Source: Eledone cirrhosa (taxonomy: Eukaryota). From it: a stretch of DNA of 64,000 nt. The stretch is from contig OZ024752.1 in assembly GCA_964016885.1 (NCBI GenBank), positions 22,382,001-22,446,000 of the forward strand. The letters are read 5' to 3'. Under the pieces are notes generated by a model. The model saw only the letters and a program-made list of their open reading frames with translations. It was not told the origin of the DNA and ran no database searches. This document shows positions 10,830 through 24,700 of this stretch, one piece after another; the stretch's first letter is position 1, and the number at the start of each line of letters is the position of its first letter. The translations under genes and the position numbers were made by a program.

Positions 10830-13800
10830 CAATTTACAGTGAGTGCTGGGTGCTTTTTCGTGGCGCCTACACGTCCACTTTACAGTGTGGGCTGGGTGCT
10901 TTTTTGCTGTGGCACCTCCACGACCACCTTGCAGTGGGAGGGTGTGGGGGAATATTGTCTATATGCTTCAGCTTGTACCCATGGGAGGTCGGGTACTCTG
11001 TATTACTGCGTGACGCCAGAGGTCACGGTCGTGTGTCATCGCCTTTGAGAGGTGTAATTGGGTAAGGTCGGCTTTTATCACCTCATCCCAGGTCATCTTG
11101 GGTCTCCCCACTCCGCAGCTTCCATTGATTTCTAGTGCTCTGCACCTTTATATGCAGCTGTCATCCTTCATACGCATCACATGTCCAAACCAACGCAACC
11201 GCCTCTCCTGCACACACATTTGATTCCTCTTATGCTCAGTCTCTCTCTCAATTCATTTATGCTTTGTCGGTCGCGTATATTACTATTACACATCCATCGG
11301 AGCATGCAGGCTTCGTTTCTCTCTAATCTACGTAAGTCTTCCACCTTCAGCGCCCAGGTCTCACTACCATGCAACATCGCTATTCGGATACACGCATCAT
11401 ACAGTCTGCCTTTCATTTTGAGGGAGAAGCCTTTTGCAGCTAGCAGTGGTAGCAGTTCCCTGAACTTCTTCCATCCCGTTCTTACCCTTGTTATTGTACT
11501 TTCTGAACACCCACCTCCGCTGCTAATTCGGTTGCCTAGGTAGCAGAAGCTGTCTACTGTTTCTACAGAGCCCTCCCAGAGATTGGTGGTACTTGTTTCC
11601 TGTGGCTGTTTGCTGCTTGCTGTCCCAGCACAGCTGCTGCATGTGAAGCCTACATTCTTAATTAAGCTTCCTGAGATCCCGCTACATCTCTTGTGTACCC
11701 ATTGTTTGCATTTGGGGCAGAGAATGGAGTTCCTACCTACACCTTTCCTACATACTGAGCATGGCCATTTCCCTGAGGGGATCTGGGTTCTGTTTTCTCG
11801 TCTACTTACAAGGACCTTAGTCTTTGTCATGTATACTTTGAGACCCTTTTTTTCTAGTCTCTGCTTCCAAGTTTGGAATTTCTTCTCTAGTTCTACCATA
11901 GATTCAGCTATAAGTGCGAGGTCATCAGCATACAGGAGTTCTCATGGGCATCCGGTCTTAAACTCCTCCGTTATTGCCTGCAGGACTATGATGAACAAGA
12001 GAGGGCTAAGAGACAGAGCCCTGGTGGACCCCAACCTGTACGCTAAATTCCTCGCTATACTCATTGCTAATCCTAACTTTGTTGACTGCTCCCCTATACA
12101 TGGCTTGTACAGCTTTCACAAGCCATTCATCTACTCCTAGTTTTCTAAGAGCCCACCAGATTACAGTACGTGGAACTCTGTTAAAGGCTTTCTTGAGATC
12201 GACGAATGCCAGGTAGAGTGGCTTAATTTTAGCTAGGTACTTTTCCTGTAACTCCCTCACAAGGAAGAAGGCATCAGTGGTGTCTCTTCCTGGTACAAAC
12301 CCAAATTGCATCTCATCTAGTTTCACCCGGTCCCTAATCAACTGTGCTATAACTCTTTCTGTTACTTTCATGACCTGGTCCATCAGCTCTATACCTCTAT
12401 AGTTTCCTCTATCGAGTGCGTCACCTTTACCTTTGTAGCAGTTGACAATGATGCTACTGCACCAATCTTTTGGTATGACACCTTCTAGTATTACCTGGTT
12501 AACAATACGTGCGGTTATAGTGTGACCTACAGACCCAGATGCCTTCAGCATCTCGGCAGCTATACCCGATGGACCGGTTGCCTTCCCCATCTTCATATCT
12601 TTGATTGCCTTACTTACTACGCTGCTGCTGACTTGTACTGCTGGCCCCTCTATAGGGTCTACTTGGGGTAGGGTCTCTTCTTCCCATGCATTCTCCTCAT
12701 TTAGTAATCTATCATAATGACTCTTCCATGCATCTTTCTTCTCAGCACTTGTGAGGGCAAGCTCACCTTTATCATTCCGGATACACTTCTCTCCAATGAC
12801 ATCACAATTCTCTCTGACACACTGCCTCGCAATCTTGAACACCTCCTGTTTCTGGTCCTCACGTTGCAAAACATGCTTGAATTTTCTATCCTCTGCTTCC
12901 CTCCTAGCTAAGTATACTTGTCGCCTAGCTTCCCTCTTGGTCTCTATGTAATGTACCCTGCTCCCCCCCCGTTCTTCCATTCTTTCCATGCCTGTCTCTT
13001 GGCCTTAACTGCCTCATCTACCTTATTGTTCCACCACCAAGTCACTCTCCTCCTGCTTGTGGTCTTACTCCAGCCACAGACCTCATCTGTCGCCTCTAGT
13101 AAGTTATTTTTTAGGAACTCCCAGTTCTCTTCTACATTGAATGTCTCTATCTGTTTTTCTTTACTGTCGTAGGCGTTGAGTAAAATATCTTTAAATCTGT
13201 TACTGGCTGAGGGGTCTTTCAGCTTCCAGATCTTTCTTCTCCAGGTTGGCCTCTGTTTCCAGGTTCGTCTAGTTCTGACTGTGAGGTCGCTGACAACTAA
13301 GCTATGTTGGGAGGTACATTACTCACTAGGGAAGGCTTTTGTGTTTACGACCGTCCATCTGTCACGTTCTCTGATGAGGATAAAATCTATCTGATCTAGG
13401 TGATCAGGTGGTTGTCGGGTTTTTTGAAGTTTGTGTTACATATCGACATGTCATTGGCGTCGCAGAATTCTAGAAGTCTGAATCCTTCTTCATTTCTTGT
13501 GCCAACCCCATGGCCTCCATGGACTCTATTGAAGCCGTCACAGTGTTTACCTACGTGTCCGTTGAAATCTCCTGCGATGATTAGGAAGTCATTGTCGCTT
13601 GTTAGAGCATTAGTGTGTATTAGGGACTCGTAAAATCTATCTTTAAGTTCGTCTGGCAACCCCGATTGGGGTGCGTAAGCTGATATTATTGTGGTAATTG
13701 TTTTATTCGGGACTAGTCTGAGTTTAATGATTCTTGTATTTACCCTGTACACTGAGATTACTTTATCTACCCACTTGTCAGCTAGTAGTATACCTACACC

Positions 13801-14241
13801 ACCCATCCCATAGTCATTTCCCACCCAGAAAAATTTGTAGCACCAACTTTTTCCTACAAGGACTCTAGTAGACTCTCCTCTCTATCTAGTCTCTTGCACA
13901 CAGCGTACATCAATTTCCTTTCGCTCTAGCATTTCTACGATTTCTCCTGCTCATCCTTTCATTGTGCTTACATTGATGGTACCAACTCTGAGTTTTGGGC
14001 ATTTGTCGACACTCGTAGGGAAGGGTCGATTTTTGCAGGGGTGTGTGTGTGTTTCCTCTCTCTGGATTGGCGCTCCACATGGGTGCTTGGTAGCTCGCGG
14101 ATTCATATTCATTTCATCTATTAATTCAGAGTTGCTCCAATTTATTGTCAACTCATCCATCCATAACGGTAGGAAAATTCAGGGCCAGAAGAACAGTAAT
14201 GGCAGGGTGTGTTGGGCTGGGACAGGGGAGGAGAGAGTTAG

Positions 14242-14301
<60 letters not shown>

Positions 14302-14748
14302 AAAGAAATGGCATACTGAGGTTTGATTGGTCGAATAGGCTATGGTGGTATGAGGGGCTGGGAGGGAAATTGTGAGGTAGAGAGAGGGTCGCCGTCAAGG
14401 CTAACAAACCAACTGATAGAATACAGCATGGCAAAGTAGCCGATAGAATACAGCAACAATAATATTAATAATAGCCAGTCATGGCCTGTAGCCTTTGATG
14501 GAAAAATAGACAGAGACAGAGTCAGCATGGTAGTGGAAAAATGAGGATAACAAATAGATGTGTTGTGGTGGCTGAAATACCTGGCCAGATTTGTATGGAT
14601 GGATGACTGGAACGAAGCTAAATCAACTCTAGTGATTCATTTTAGCCTTTCAGAGTAGAGTGTGTCTTATCTCTTCAATAGTTTCAAGATGAGTGAGGAG
14701 GAATGGGTGAAGAGAGAACGGGAGGTAATAGATGGCTTAGGGATAGAT

Positions 14749-14785
<37 letters not shown>

Positions 14786-14866
14786 TAGAGAGAGGGTAGC
14801 CATCAAGGCTAACAAACTAACTGATAGAATACAGCATAGCAAAGTAGCCGATAGAATACAGCAACA
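10830..14866 (-). mobile_element. Near full-length decayed RTE-clade LINE (APE + RT with embedded C4HC3 finger)
   Basis: ORF pieces 13951-14160 (LRVGTINV), 13396-13824 (SAYAPQ, AGDFNGHVG), 12006-12989 (NYRGIELM, FVDLKKAF, GVHQGS), 11177-11899 (MLHGSETW); stops and frameshifts; 5' boundary uncertain. Confidence 0.93.
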
Positions 14867-14891
14867 TATATATATATAATATATATATATA

Positions 14892-15481
14892 TTGGTAAAC
14901 GGAATAGAAAATGCTGACAAATTGTTCACAGTTGAAAAATGGTTTAATTAGGAATAAAAGAGTATTAGTGATTGTATGAGTTAGTATTCAGTTGTGGTTT
15001 TAAGTTTTTAAGTTTTTACCGGTTGCGCATTTCTAAATGCTTTTCAAAAATAATTTTGAGATAGAGTGTCCGTGTTGTTTGCTCTGATCTGATTAGTTTT
15101 GGGAATTCTACCTGTTTTTATGTTAATATTATATATATATAGTGAATATATGTATGTGTATATATATATAGTGAATATCATTTCACACCTTTTATTGTTA
15201 AGATTTTTGATGTTCTATTAAGAGAACCGATTTTACTGAAAAAATCGAATAATGTACACCATTTTACCAGGGGGAAAAAAATACTGGTCCCCCCCCCACA
15301 CACACATATATACACACACATATACACGCGTACATTAACATACAAAGAGACTTATACACACACACACGCACTTCTCCGTATAAGACAAAAGCTGAAAAAT
15401 ATCTTTTGACATGCTAAAATACCCCCCCATTGCTTTCAGACACATTCTTACTGACCATCCCTGCTACCACGAATTACTCTG

Positions 15482-15539
<58 letters not shown>

Positions 15540-16118
15540 ATCTTAATAGCCATTTGACACACATCCCTGCTAACCATTATCACAACATCGAACACCTTAC
15601 TACTACTACACACACACACACACATATTTGTTGTGAAAGAATCATTTCTCAATCTTGGCGCAAAACCAATTTTTTATTCACATGACCTCTACCGACCAAT
15701 CAAAATTGTTTTGACCACAAGAATTTTTGCAAACACCAAGTAGCGCTGGAGCCACTTTTTTAACATAAAAACAGTCTTGGCGCAAAATCAATTTCTTACA
15801 TTCACATGACCTCTACCGACCAATCAAAATTGTTTTGACCACAAGAATTTTTGCAACACCAAAGTAACGCTGGAGCCACTTTTTTAACATAAAAACAGGT
15901 AGAATTCCCAAAACTAATCAGATCAGAGCAAACAACACGGACACTCTATCTCAAAATTATTTTTGAAAAGCATTTAGAAATGCGCAACCGGTAAAAACTT
16001 AAAAACTTAAAACCACAACTGAATACTAACCCATACAATCACTAATACTCTTTTATTCCTAATTAAACCATTTTTCAACTGTGAACAATTTGTCAGCATT
16101 TTCTATTCCGTTTACCAA
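14892..16118. mobile_element. Non-autonomous fold-back element/MITE with ~235-bp near-perfect TIRs, in TA-rich sequence
   Basis: 14892-15126 is the reverse complement of 15884-16118 (one mismatch seen); internal (CA)n and a ~121-bp tandem duplication 15654-15895; no ORF. Confidence 0.9.
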
Positions 16119-16159
16119 TATATGATAACTTGTGTGTTACACCTCTATTCTTAAATTTA

Positions 16160-16667
<508 letters not shown>

Positions 16668-16695
16668 TATATATATTATTTGGACCAATCATAAA

Positions 16696-19600
16696 TCAGC
16701 GGCCTATGCTATCACTTCTGGTTGCTTTTCGATATGATGGATGGACTAAGGAATTCTGGAGAGTCTGAAAAATCTGGACACTCAGTGACAATGACAAAGA
16801 TAACGACAAATTCACCTCATGCTGCCGGACGAAAAGGCAAGGACTCCTCCTCTTTGTTTCGGCCGCGGATGACCAACATAACCCCAACCCCCTCCCCCCT
16901 CCCCACGCCCCACCGTTAACACCCACCAAACGCAATCCAAAACTTCAGAGTTGGTACCATGAATGTAGGCACCTTAAAAGGTCGCTCTAACGAGGTTGTA
17001 GGAATACTTGAACGTAAGGAGGTTGATGTTTGCTGTATCCAAGAGAACAGGTGGGGGAGGGGTCTGCTAGATTCATTGTGGGCAAAAAACGATGCTATGA
17101 GCTTTTCTGGGTAGAAAATGACAATGGGCTGGGTGGGGTAGGAATCATGTCAGCAGAAAATTTGTGGATAATATAATAGACGTAAATAGAGTGAACGACA
17201 GAATAATTAAAATAAGACTTGTTCTAAATAGAACTACGGTGAAATAAGTAGCAGCAAGTGCCCACAGAATACTAGCTCATTCCATTGCACAGATGGTTCT
17301 ATAGAAATAGTGGACATCTTCCGTTACCTGGGTGACAAAATCAGCAGTGAGGGAGGGTGCTCTGAAAGTACAGTAGCTAGAGTCAGAACGAGATGTAAAA
17401 AGTTCAGAGAGCTTATACCACTATTGGCCACCTAAAGGGTTCTCTCTAAAAATAAAAGGCAGGCTGTATGATGCCGGCATACGAACAGCAATGTTACATG
17501 GCAGTGAGACCTGGGCATTGTGTGCAGAGGATATACGCAGACTGGAGAGAAACGAAGCTTGCATGCTCCGCTGGATGTGTAATAGTAATATACGTGAACG
17601 GCAAAGCATAAAAGAACTAAGTGAGAAATTAGGAATAAGAGGGATCAGATGTTGTTTACTTGAGAGAAGAATACGTTGGTACGGTCACATGATGCGCATG
17701 AAAGACGACAGCTGTATAAAAAAGTGCAGGGCGATCAAAATAGACTGTAGCCACGGAGTAGGCAGACCCAGAAAAACCTGGGACGACTTGATAAATTCCG
17801 ACCTCACACACTTACACCTCTCCAAGACAATGTCACTGGACCGAGATCTTTGGCGCTTCACAGTCATACAGAAGACCCGCCTTGCCTAAGTACAAAGTGA
17901 AACCTACAGTCAGTAGGCACTTCTAAAAAAATACACCCCCGTCCCACTACCCCCACCCCATCCACACCAGCCCCTTAAATGTGAAGTTATGTTGGTACCA
18001 CAACATCCAGTCCGAAACAAATGAGGTCGTGTAGGTGTCACGACAAAAAAAAAAAAACACACAGTCCACGCTGTAATGTGGCCGTGTAGGTAACACGGTA
18101 AAAACCTCCCGGTCCACACTGTAAACGTGGTTGGTGTTAGGAAGGGCATCCAGCCGTAGAAAACCCGCCAGATAGTCCTATACGAGCAGGACAACAAATC
18201 TTGCCTCAAGTGGGAAAACTCCCGTCCAAACCCATGCAAGAGTGGAAGATGGACGTTAAACGATGATGATGATGATGATGATGTGACAGTAATATCTGCG
18301 TACGCACCCCAATCCGGACTGCCTGGCGTTATAAAAGACAGATTCTATGAGACACTGATGCTTACTACATCCCAAATAACCGACAGTGACTATATAATTA
18401 TTGCTGGCGCACTAAATGGTCACGTTGGACAACATTGTGATGGCTATGTCGGAATCCATGGAGGCTATGGGTTTGGTACTAGAAATGAGGAAGGCTCCAG
18501 AGTCCTGGAATTCTGTGACGCAAATAACCTAACTATCTGTAACACTAACTTCAAAAAATGAGACAATCACTTGATCACCTACAGATCAGGGGAACACACA
18601 GCCAGGTAGATTATATTCTTACCAGAAGACGTGACAGAGTGTCTGTTGTAAACACTAAATCCCTGGCCCATGAAGAATGCACCTCTCAACATAGACTCAT
18701 AATTAGCGACCTCATAGTCAGGACGAGACGTACTCGATAACAGAAGAGGACTATCCTCAGGAGAAAAATATGGAAGCTAAAGGACTCTACAGCCAGTAAT
18801 AAATTTAAAAGCATATTACTTGATGCTTTCGACAGTAAGGAAGAGCAATTAGAGTCGTACAATATAGAGGAACAGTGGGAATTCCTGAAAGCAAACCTGC
18901 TGATGGCGGCAGATGAAGTCTGTGGCTGGAGCAGGCCTATAGGCAGAAGGAGAGTAACGTGGTGGTGGAACAGTAAGGTGGAGGAGTCAATTAAGGCCAA
19001 ACAGTAGGCTTGGAAAGTATGGCGGGATGGGGGAAGTAGAGAAGACTATCAAGTGGCCAGGAGGGAAGCTAGGAGACAAGTGTACTTCGCAAGAAGGGAA
19101 GCAGAGGAAAGAAAGTTCAAGCATGTTCTACAACGCGAGGACGAAAAACGTGAGGTGTTCAGGATTGCTAGGCAATGTGTCAAGGAAAACCTTGATATTG
19201 TCGGGGAGAAGTGTGTACTTAACGATGATGGCATACTTGCCATCACTGACGCTGATAAGAAGGTAGCTTGGAAGTGTCACTACGAAAGGCTACTAAATGA
19301 GGAGAATAAATGGGAGAAAGACAGTCTCCCCCACATCGATCCAATAGAGGGACCACCAGTGTTAGTCGAAGGTAGTATAATAAGTAAGGCAATCAAAGAT
19401 ATGAAGACGTGTAAGGCGGCTGGGCCTTCGGCAATAGTTGCTGAAATGCTTAAAGCCTCTGGAACGGTGGGAGACACTATGGTCACCCGGGTAGTAAACC
19501 AAGTCATACAGAATGGGGTTGTTCCGAAGGACTGGCGTAGCAGCACCATCATTAACTGCTACAAGGGTAAAAGAGATGCCCTAGATAGGGGTAACTATAG

Positions 19601-21407
19601 AGGCATTAAATTAATCGACCAGGTCATGAAGGTCACAGAAAAAGTAATAGCGCAACTAATCAGAGAGCGAATTGATCTGGATGAAATGCAGTTCGGGTTT
19701 GTGTCAGGTAAAAGTACCACAGACGCTCTTTTCATTGTACGACAACTACAGGAGAAGTACCTAGCTAAAAGTAAACCCCCTATACTTAGCTTTTGTCGAC
19801 TTGGAGAAAGCTTTTGACGGAGTCCCCCGTCCCATTATCTGGTGGGCTCTTAGAAAACTAGGTGTTGATGAATGGCTTGTGAGAGCTATACAAGCCATGT
19901 ATAAAGAAACAGTCAGCAAGGTTAGAATTAACAACGAATATAGTGAAGAGTTTAGCGTAAAAGTTGGTGTTCATCAGGGCTCCGTTCTTAGCCCCCTACT
20001 ATTTATTATTGCCCTTCAGGCTATAACAGAGAAGTTCAAGACCGGCTGCCCATTGGAACTCCTATACGCAGATGATCTAACGCTCATAGCTGAATCAATG
20101 GCTGAACTAGAGAAGAAATTCCAAACATGGAAGCATGGCCTAGAATCAAAAGGCCTTAAAATTAACCTGTTTAAGATTAAAGTTCTAGTTTGTAGGAAGG
20201 AAAATAGGGCACCGGTCCCATCCGGGAAATGGCCATGCTCAGTGTGTAGAAAAGGAGTAGGCAGAAACTCCATTTTATGTCCCAAATGCAAAGTATGGGT
20301 GCATAAAAGATGTAGTGGAATCACAGGTAAGCTAACTAAGAATATAGATTTTATATGCGACCGGTGCTCTGGTGCAATAAGTAGCAGCAAGTGCCCACAG
20401 AATACTAGCTCATTCCATTGCACAGATGGTTCTATAGAAATAGTGGACACCTTCCGTTACCTGGGTGACAAAATCAGCAGTGGTGGAGGGTGCTCTGAAA
20501 GTACAGTAGCTAGAGTCAGAAAGGGATGGAAAAAGTTCAGAGAGCTTATACCACTATTGACCGCTAAAGGGTTCTCTCTAAAAATGAAAGGCAGGCTGTA
20601 TGATGCCTGCATACGAACAGCAATGTTACATGGCAGTGAGACCTGGGCATTGTGTGTAGAGGATATACGCAGACTGGCGAGAAACGAAGCTTGCATGCTC
20701 CGCTGGATGTGTAATAGTAATATACGTGAACGGCAAAGCATAAATGAACTAAGGGAGAAATTAGGAATAAGAGGGATCAGATGTTGTTTACTCGAGAGAA
20801 GACTATGTTGGTACGGTCACATGATGCGCATGAAAGACGACAGTTGTATAAAAAAGTGCAGGGCGATAATAATAGACGGTAGCCACGGAGTAGGCAGACC
20901 CAGAAAAACCTGGGACGACTTGATAAATTCCGACCTCACACACTTACACCTCTCCAAGACAATGTCACTGGACCGAGATCTTTGGCGCTTCACAGTCATA
21001 CAGAAGACCCGCTTTGCCTAAGTACAAAGCGAAACCTACAGTCAGTAGGCACTTCTAAAAAAATACACCCCCTCTTCTCACTACCCCCCCTTCCACCCCC
21101 CCCCCCCTTAAATGTGAAGTTATGTTGGTACCACAACATCCAGTCCGAAACAAATGAGGTCGTGTAGGTGTCCCGACAAAAAAAAAACACACAGTCCACG
21201 CTGTAATGTGGCCGTGTAGGTAACACGGTTAAAACCTCCCAGTCCACACTGTAACGTGGTTGGTGTTAGGAAGGGCATCCAGCCGTAGAAAACTCGCCAG
21301 ACAGTCCTATACGAGCAAGACAACCAATCTTACCTCAAGTGGGAAAATTCCCGTCTACACCCATGCAAGCGTGGAAGATGGACGTTAAACGATGATGATG
21401 ATGATGA
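16696..21407 (+). mobile_element. Full-length decayed RTE LINE (16696-17242 + 18283-21407) interrupted by a same-family insertion
   Basis: APE ...LVLNRTT|VTVISAYAPQ resumes at 18283; RT ORFs 19053-19817 and 19801-21021 (QGSVLSP, YADD); (GAT)n tail. Confidence 0.93.
17243..18282 (+). mobile_element. 5'-truncated RTE copy nested in the same family
   Basis: Highly similar to 20376-21407; (GAT)n tail; GTGA on both flanks (17239-17242, 18283-18286). Confidence 0.9.
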
Positions 21408-21429
21408 TATATATATATTATAATAATGG

Positions 21430-21757
21430 AAAAAAGGAAAATTCATTTCTCACTCTTAATACGGCTGATACTTAAATATAAGTATGTATACGTACATATA
21501 TATATGTATACAGACGTACAGTAGTATGTATATATATATACATACATGCACACATATATATATGTACGTATGGGTTTACCGAACATTTATTATAATGCTC
21601 GGTTTGTTTGTAAACAATCAACTGACAGGAAGGTATACGGTGCTGATGACAGCTAATAAGCTAGAAACTAGTCCATCGTTCCTTTGTCAGTGGTGAACAA
21701 AATGGCAACGATGGTTGCCGAACACTGTACGGCTAATAATTCGGGCTGTTTGTTTAC
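21430..21757. mobile_element. Family A hammerhead repeat with an internal inversion
   Basis: 21430-21617 is collinear with ~9790-9977; 21616-21757 is the reverse complement of ~9970-10107. Confidence 0.8.
21637..21679 (+). ncRNA. Minimal type I hammerhead ribozyme
   Basis: ACGGTG CTGATGA c AGCT aata AGCT a GAAA CTAG TC ^ CATCGT; GUC triplet; stem I 6 bp. Confidence 0.8.
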
Positions 21758-24700
21758 GGCTGCCAAACAGCTCGTATGGATAGCTCGCATTGGATGCGCA
21801 CACATTCGCGTGCATCGTTAAGCTAAAACAGGTGATGACACAAGACCAACGGCAAAACGTGTTAACACTGCTGTTGTCACGCATCGTGAATTTCTGCTTT
21901 CACCGATTCCACTTCTATGAATTCTTTTTTCGAATTTTAACTTCCCTGATGCCTCCGGTAAAGAAAACTTGTCGCCAGTACAGCATTGATTTATTGCTTC
22001 TCCTCAGAACTGTCAATTACCCATGTGTCTTCTATGCCAGCAAACTTTGAGCAATGAAGCCATGAAACCTTCACGCTTGAAATATCATTTTGATTCCAAG
22101 CATTCTGACAAAAAAGACAAACCGTTGTCATATTTTTTGCAACTTAAGGCCTCTTTCGAAAAGTGGAAAACACTGAACACGATGTTTAGGGAAGAAACTG
22201 TACAGGAAAATGACGGTATTACTGGTCGCAAAGACCGGGAAGTGCCACACTATAGGAGAAACATTGCTTCGACCTGTCATTGAAGAAGTTCTGTCGACTG
22301 TAATGCACGAGAAGTCCGACACAATTATCAAGAAAATTCCACTTAGTAACAATACAATTTCTCGACGATTAGATGTCAAACATCAACTCATTCAAATTCT
22401 CCAGTGTTCTGGTAAGTCAACCGTTATAGATAACCAATGTTTGATGATGGTTTATGTTCGATATTTCAATGAATACCTTCAACCTTGTGAGGAAATACTG
22501 TTCATAGAGAACTTGCTGCTTGATTCAAAAGGTACATCTATTTTCGATATGCTTAAGCGTTTTCTTTCTAAACATCATATCCCACTGACCAATATTATTG
22601 CCTGTGCGTCTGATGGGCCCTCTTCCATGGTTGGAAGATACAGAGGTTTTTCATCTCTCCTAAAGCGTGAAATTTTTCAACAGATTTTAACAGTTCATTG
22701 TGTGATACACCAACATTTAGTGGCAAAAAATATCAATGGTCGGTTGAATGATGCGCTGCAGTTGGTTATCAAGACTGTGAATAAACTGAAATCAAATTCC
22801 TTGTCTGATCGAATTTTCCGTCAACTGTGTCTCGATAATGATGATGACTTTGTTAGGCTTTTGTACCATACCGAAGTACGATGGCTGTCAAAGGGTAACT
22901 GTGTTGTTCGCTTTGTTGAACTGTTTCATGTGATCATATCTTTCTTTGAAAATACTCCTTTGTCGGCTTCATTGATTGCTGCAAAGTGCGATATTTTTTT
23001 TCTGAGCGATATATTCACTAAACTCAATGATTTGATTAAGTTGTTGCAAGGAAAGCAAAAAACTCTTGTCGACTGTAAATCATTTATCACCGCCTTCATT
23101 TTGAAATTGGTCCCGTATAAAATAAACATTTCCAAACGTCAATTGCATCAATTTCCACAACTGGACTCTTTGAAAGATGAATTGGTTGACAAGAATATCA
23201 TTACCTATCGTGAATATCTACAATCATTTCATGATGACATGGTGGAGCGAATTCATCATCATCATCGTTTAACATCTATCTTCCACGCTAGCATGGGTTT
23301 AGACTGGAATTGTCTGGCAGGTTGTTAGATGGGACTGTCTGGCAGGTTTTCTACGGCTGGATGCCCTTCCTAACACCAACCACATTTACAGTGTGGACTG
23401 GGAGGTTTTTACCGTGTTACCTACACAGCCACATTACAGTGTGGACTGTGTTTTTTTTGTTGTCGTGACACCTACACAACCTCATTTATTTAGGACTGGA
23501 TGTTGTGGTACCAACATAACATTACAGAGAAAGGGGTGGTGTTAATGGAGGCTGGGGTAGTGGGAATGGGGTGTATTTGATTAAGAGGTGTTACTGACTG
23601 TAGGTTTCGCTTTGTACTTAGGTAAGGCGGGTTTACTGTATTATTGCGTGGCGCTAAAGATCTCGGTCCAGTGACATTGTGTTAGAGAGGTGTAAGTGTG
23701 TAAGGTCGGAATTTATCAAATCGTCCCAGGTTTTTCTGGGTCTGCCTACTCAGTAACTTCCGTCAATTTTGATCGCCCTGCATTTTTTAATACAGTTGTC
23801 GTCTTTCATGCGCATCACGTGACCATACCAACATAGCTTTCTCTCGAGTAAACAGCATCTGATCCCTCTTATACCTAATTTCTCACTTAGTTCATTTATG
23901 CTTTGCTGTTCACGCATATTACTATTACACATCCAGCAGAGCATGCATGCTTCGTTCCTCTCCAATCTGTGCAGATCCTCTGCACACAATGCCCATGTCT
24001 CACTGCCATGTAACATTGCTGTTCGTATACAGGCATCATACAGTCTTCCTTTCATTTTTAGAGAGAAACCTTTAGCGGCCAATAGTGGTATAATCCCTCT
24101 GAACTTTTTCCATCCCGTTCTGACTCTGGCTACTGTACTTTCTGAGCACCCTCCACCATTTCTGATTTTGTCACCCAGGTAACGGAAGTTCTACACTATT
24201 TCTATAGAGCCATCTGAGCAATAGAAGGAGCTAGTATCCTGTGGGCGCTTGTTACTTATTGCACCTGTGCACCGGCCACATATAAAATCTACGTTCTTAG
24301 ATAGCTTACCTGTGATCCGACTACATCTTTTATGTACCCATAGTTTGCATTTGGGACATAAAATGTAATTTCTGCCTACTCCTTTCCTACACACTGAGCA
24401 TGGCCATTTCCCAGAGGCGACCTGTACCCTATTTTCCTTCCTACATACTAGAACTTTAGTCTTAGACAAGTTAACTTTAAGGCCTTTTGATTCTAGGCCA
24501 TGTTTCCAAATTTGGAATTTCTTCTTTAGTTCAGCCATCGATTCAGCTATGAGCGTTAAATCTTTTGCATAGAGAAGTTCCCATGGGCAGCCGGTCTTGA
24601 ACTCCTCTGTTATAGCCTGAAGGGCAATAATAAATAGGAGGAAGCTAAGGATAGAGCCTTGATGAACAACAAATTTTATGCTAAATTCTTCACTATATTC

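Noticed and set aside
13371-13390. Other CTGATGA-like motifs (13371, 43667, CCGATGA near 4171) as hammerheads
   Set aside because: No stem II followed by GAAA and no closing stem I
14380-14866. ~78-bp direct repeat (14380-14458, 14789-14866) as LTRs
   Set aside because: No TG...CA ends, PBS or PPT; more likely a local duplication at the RTE 5' region
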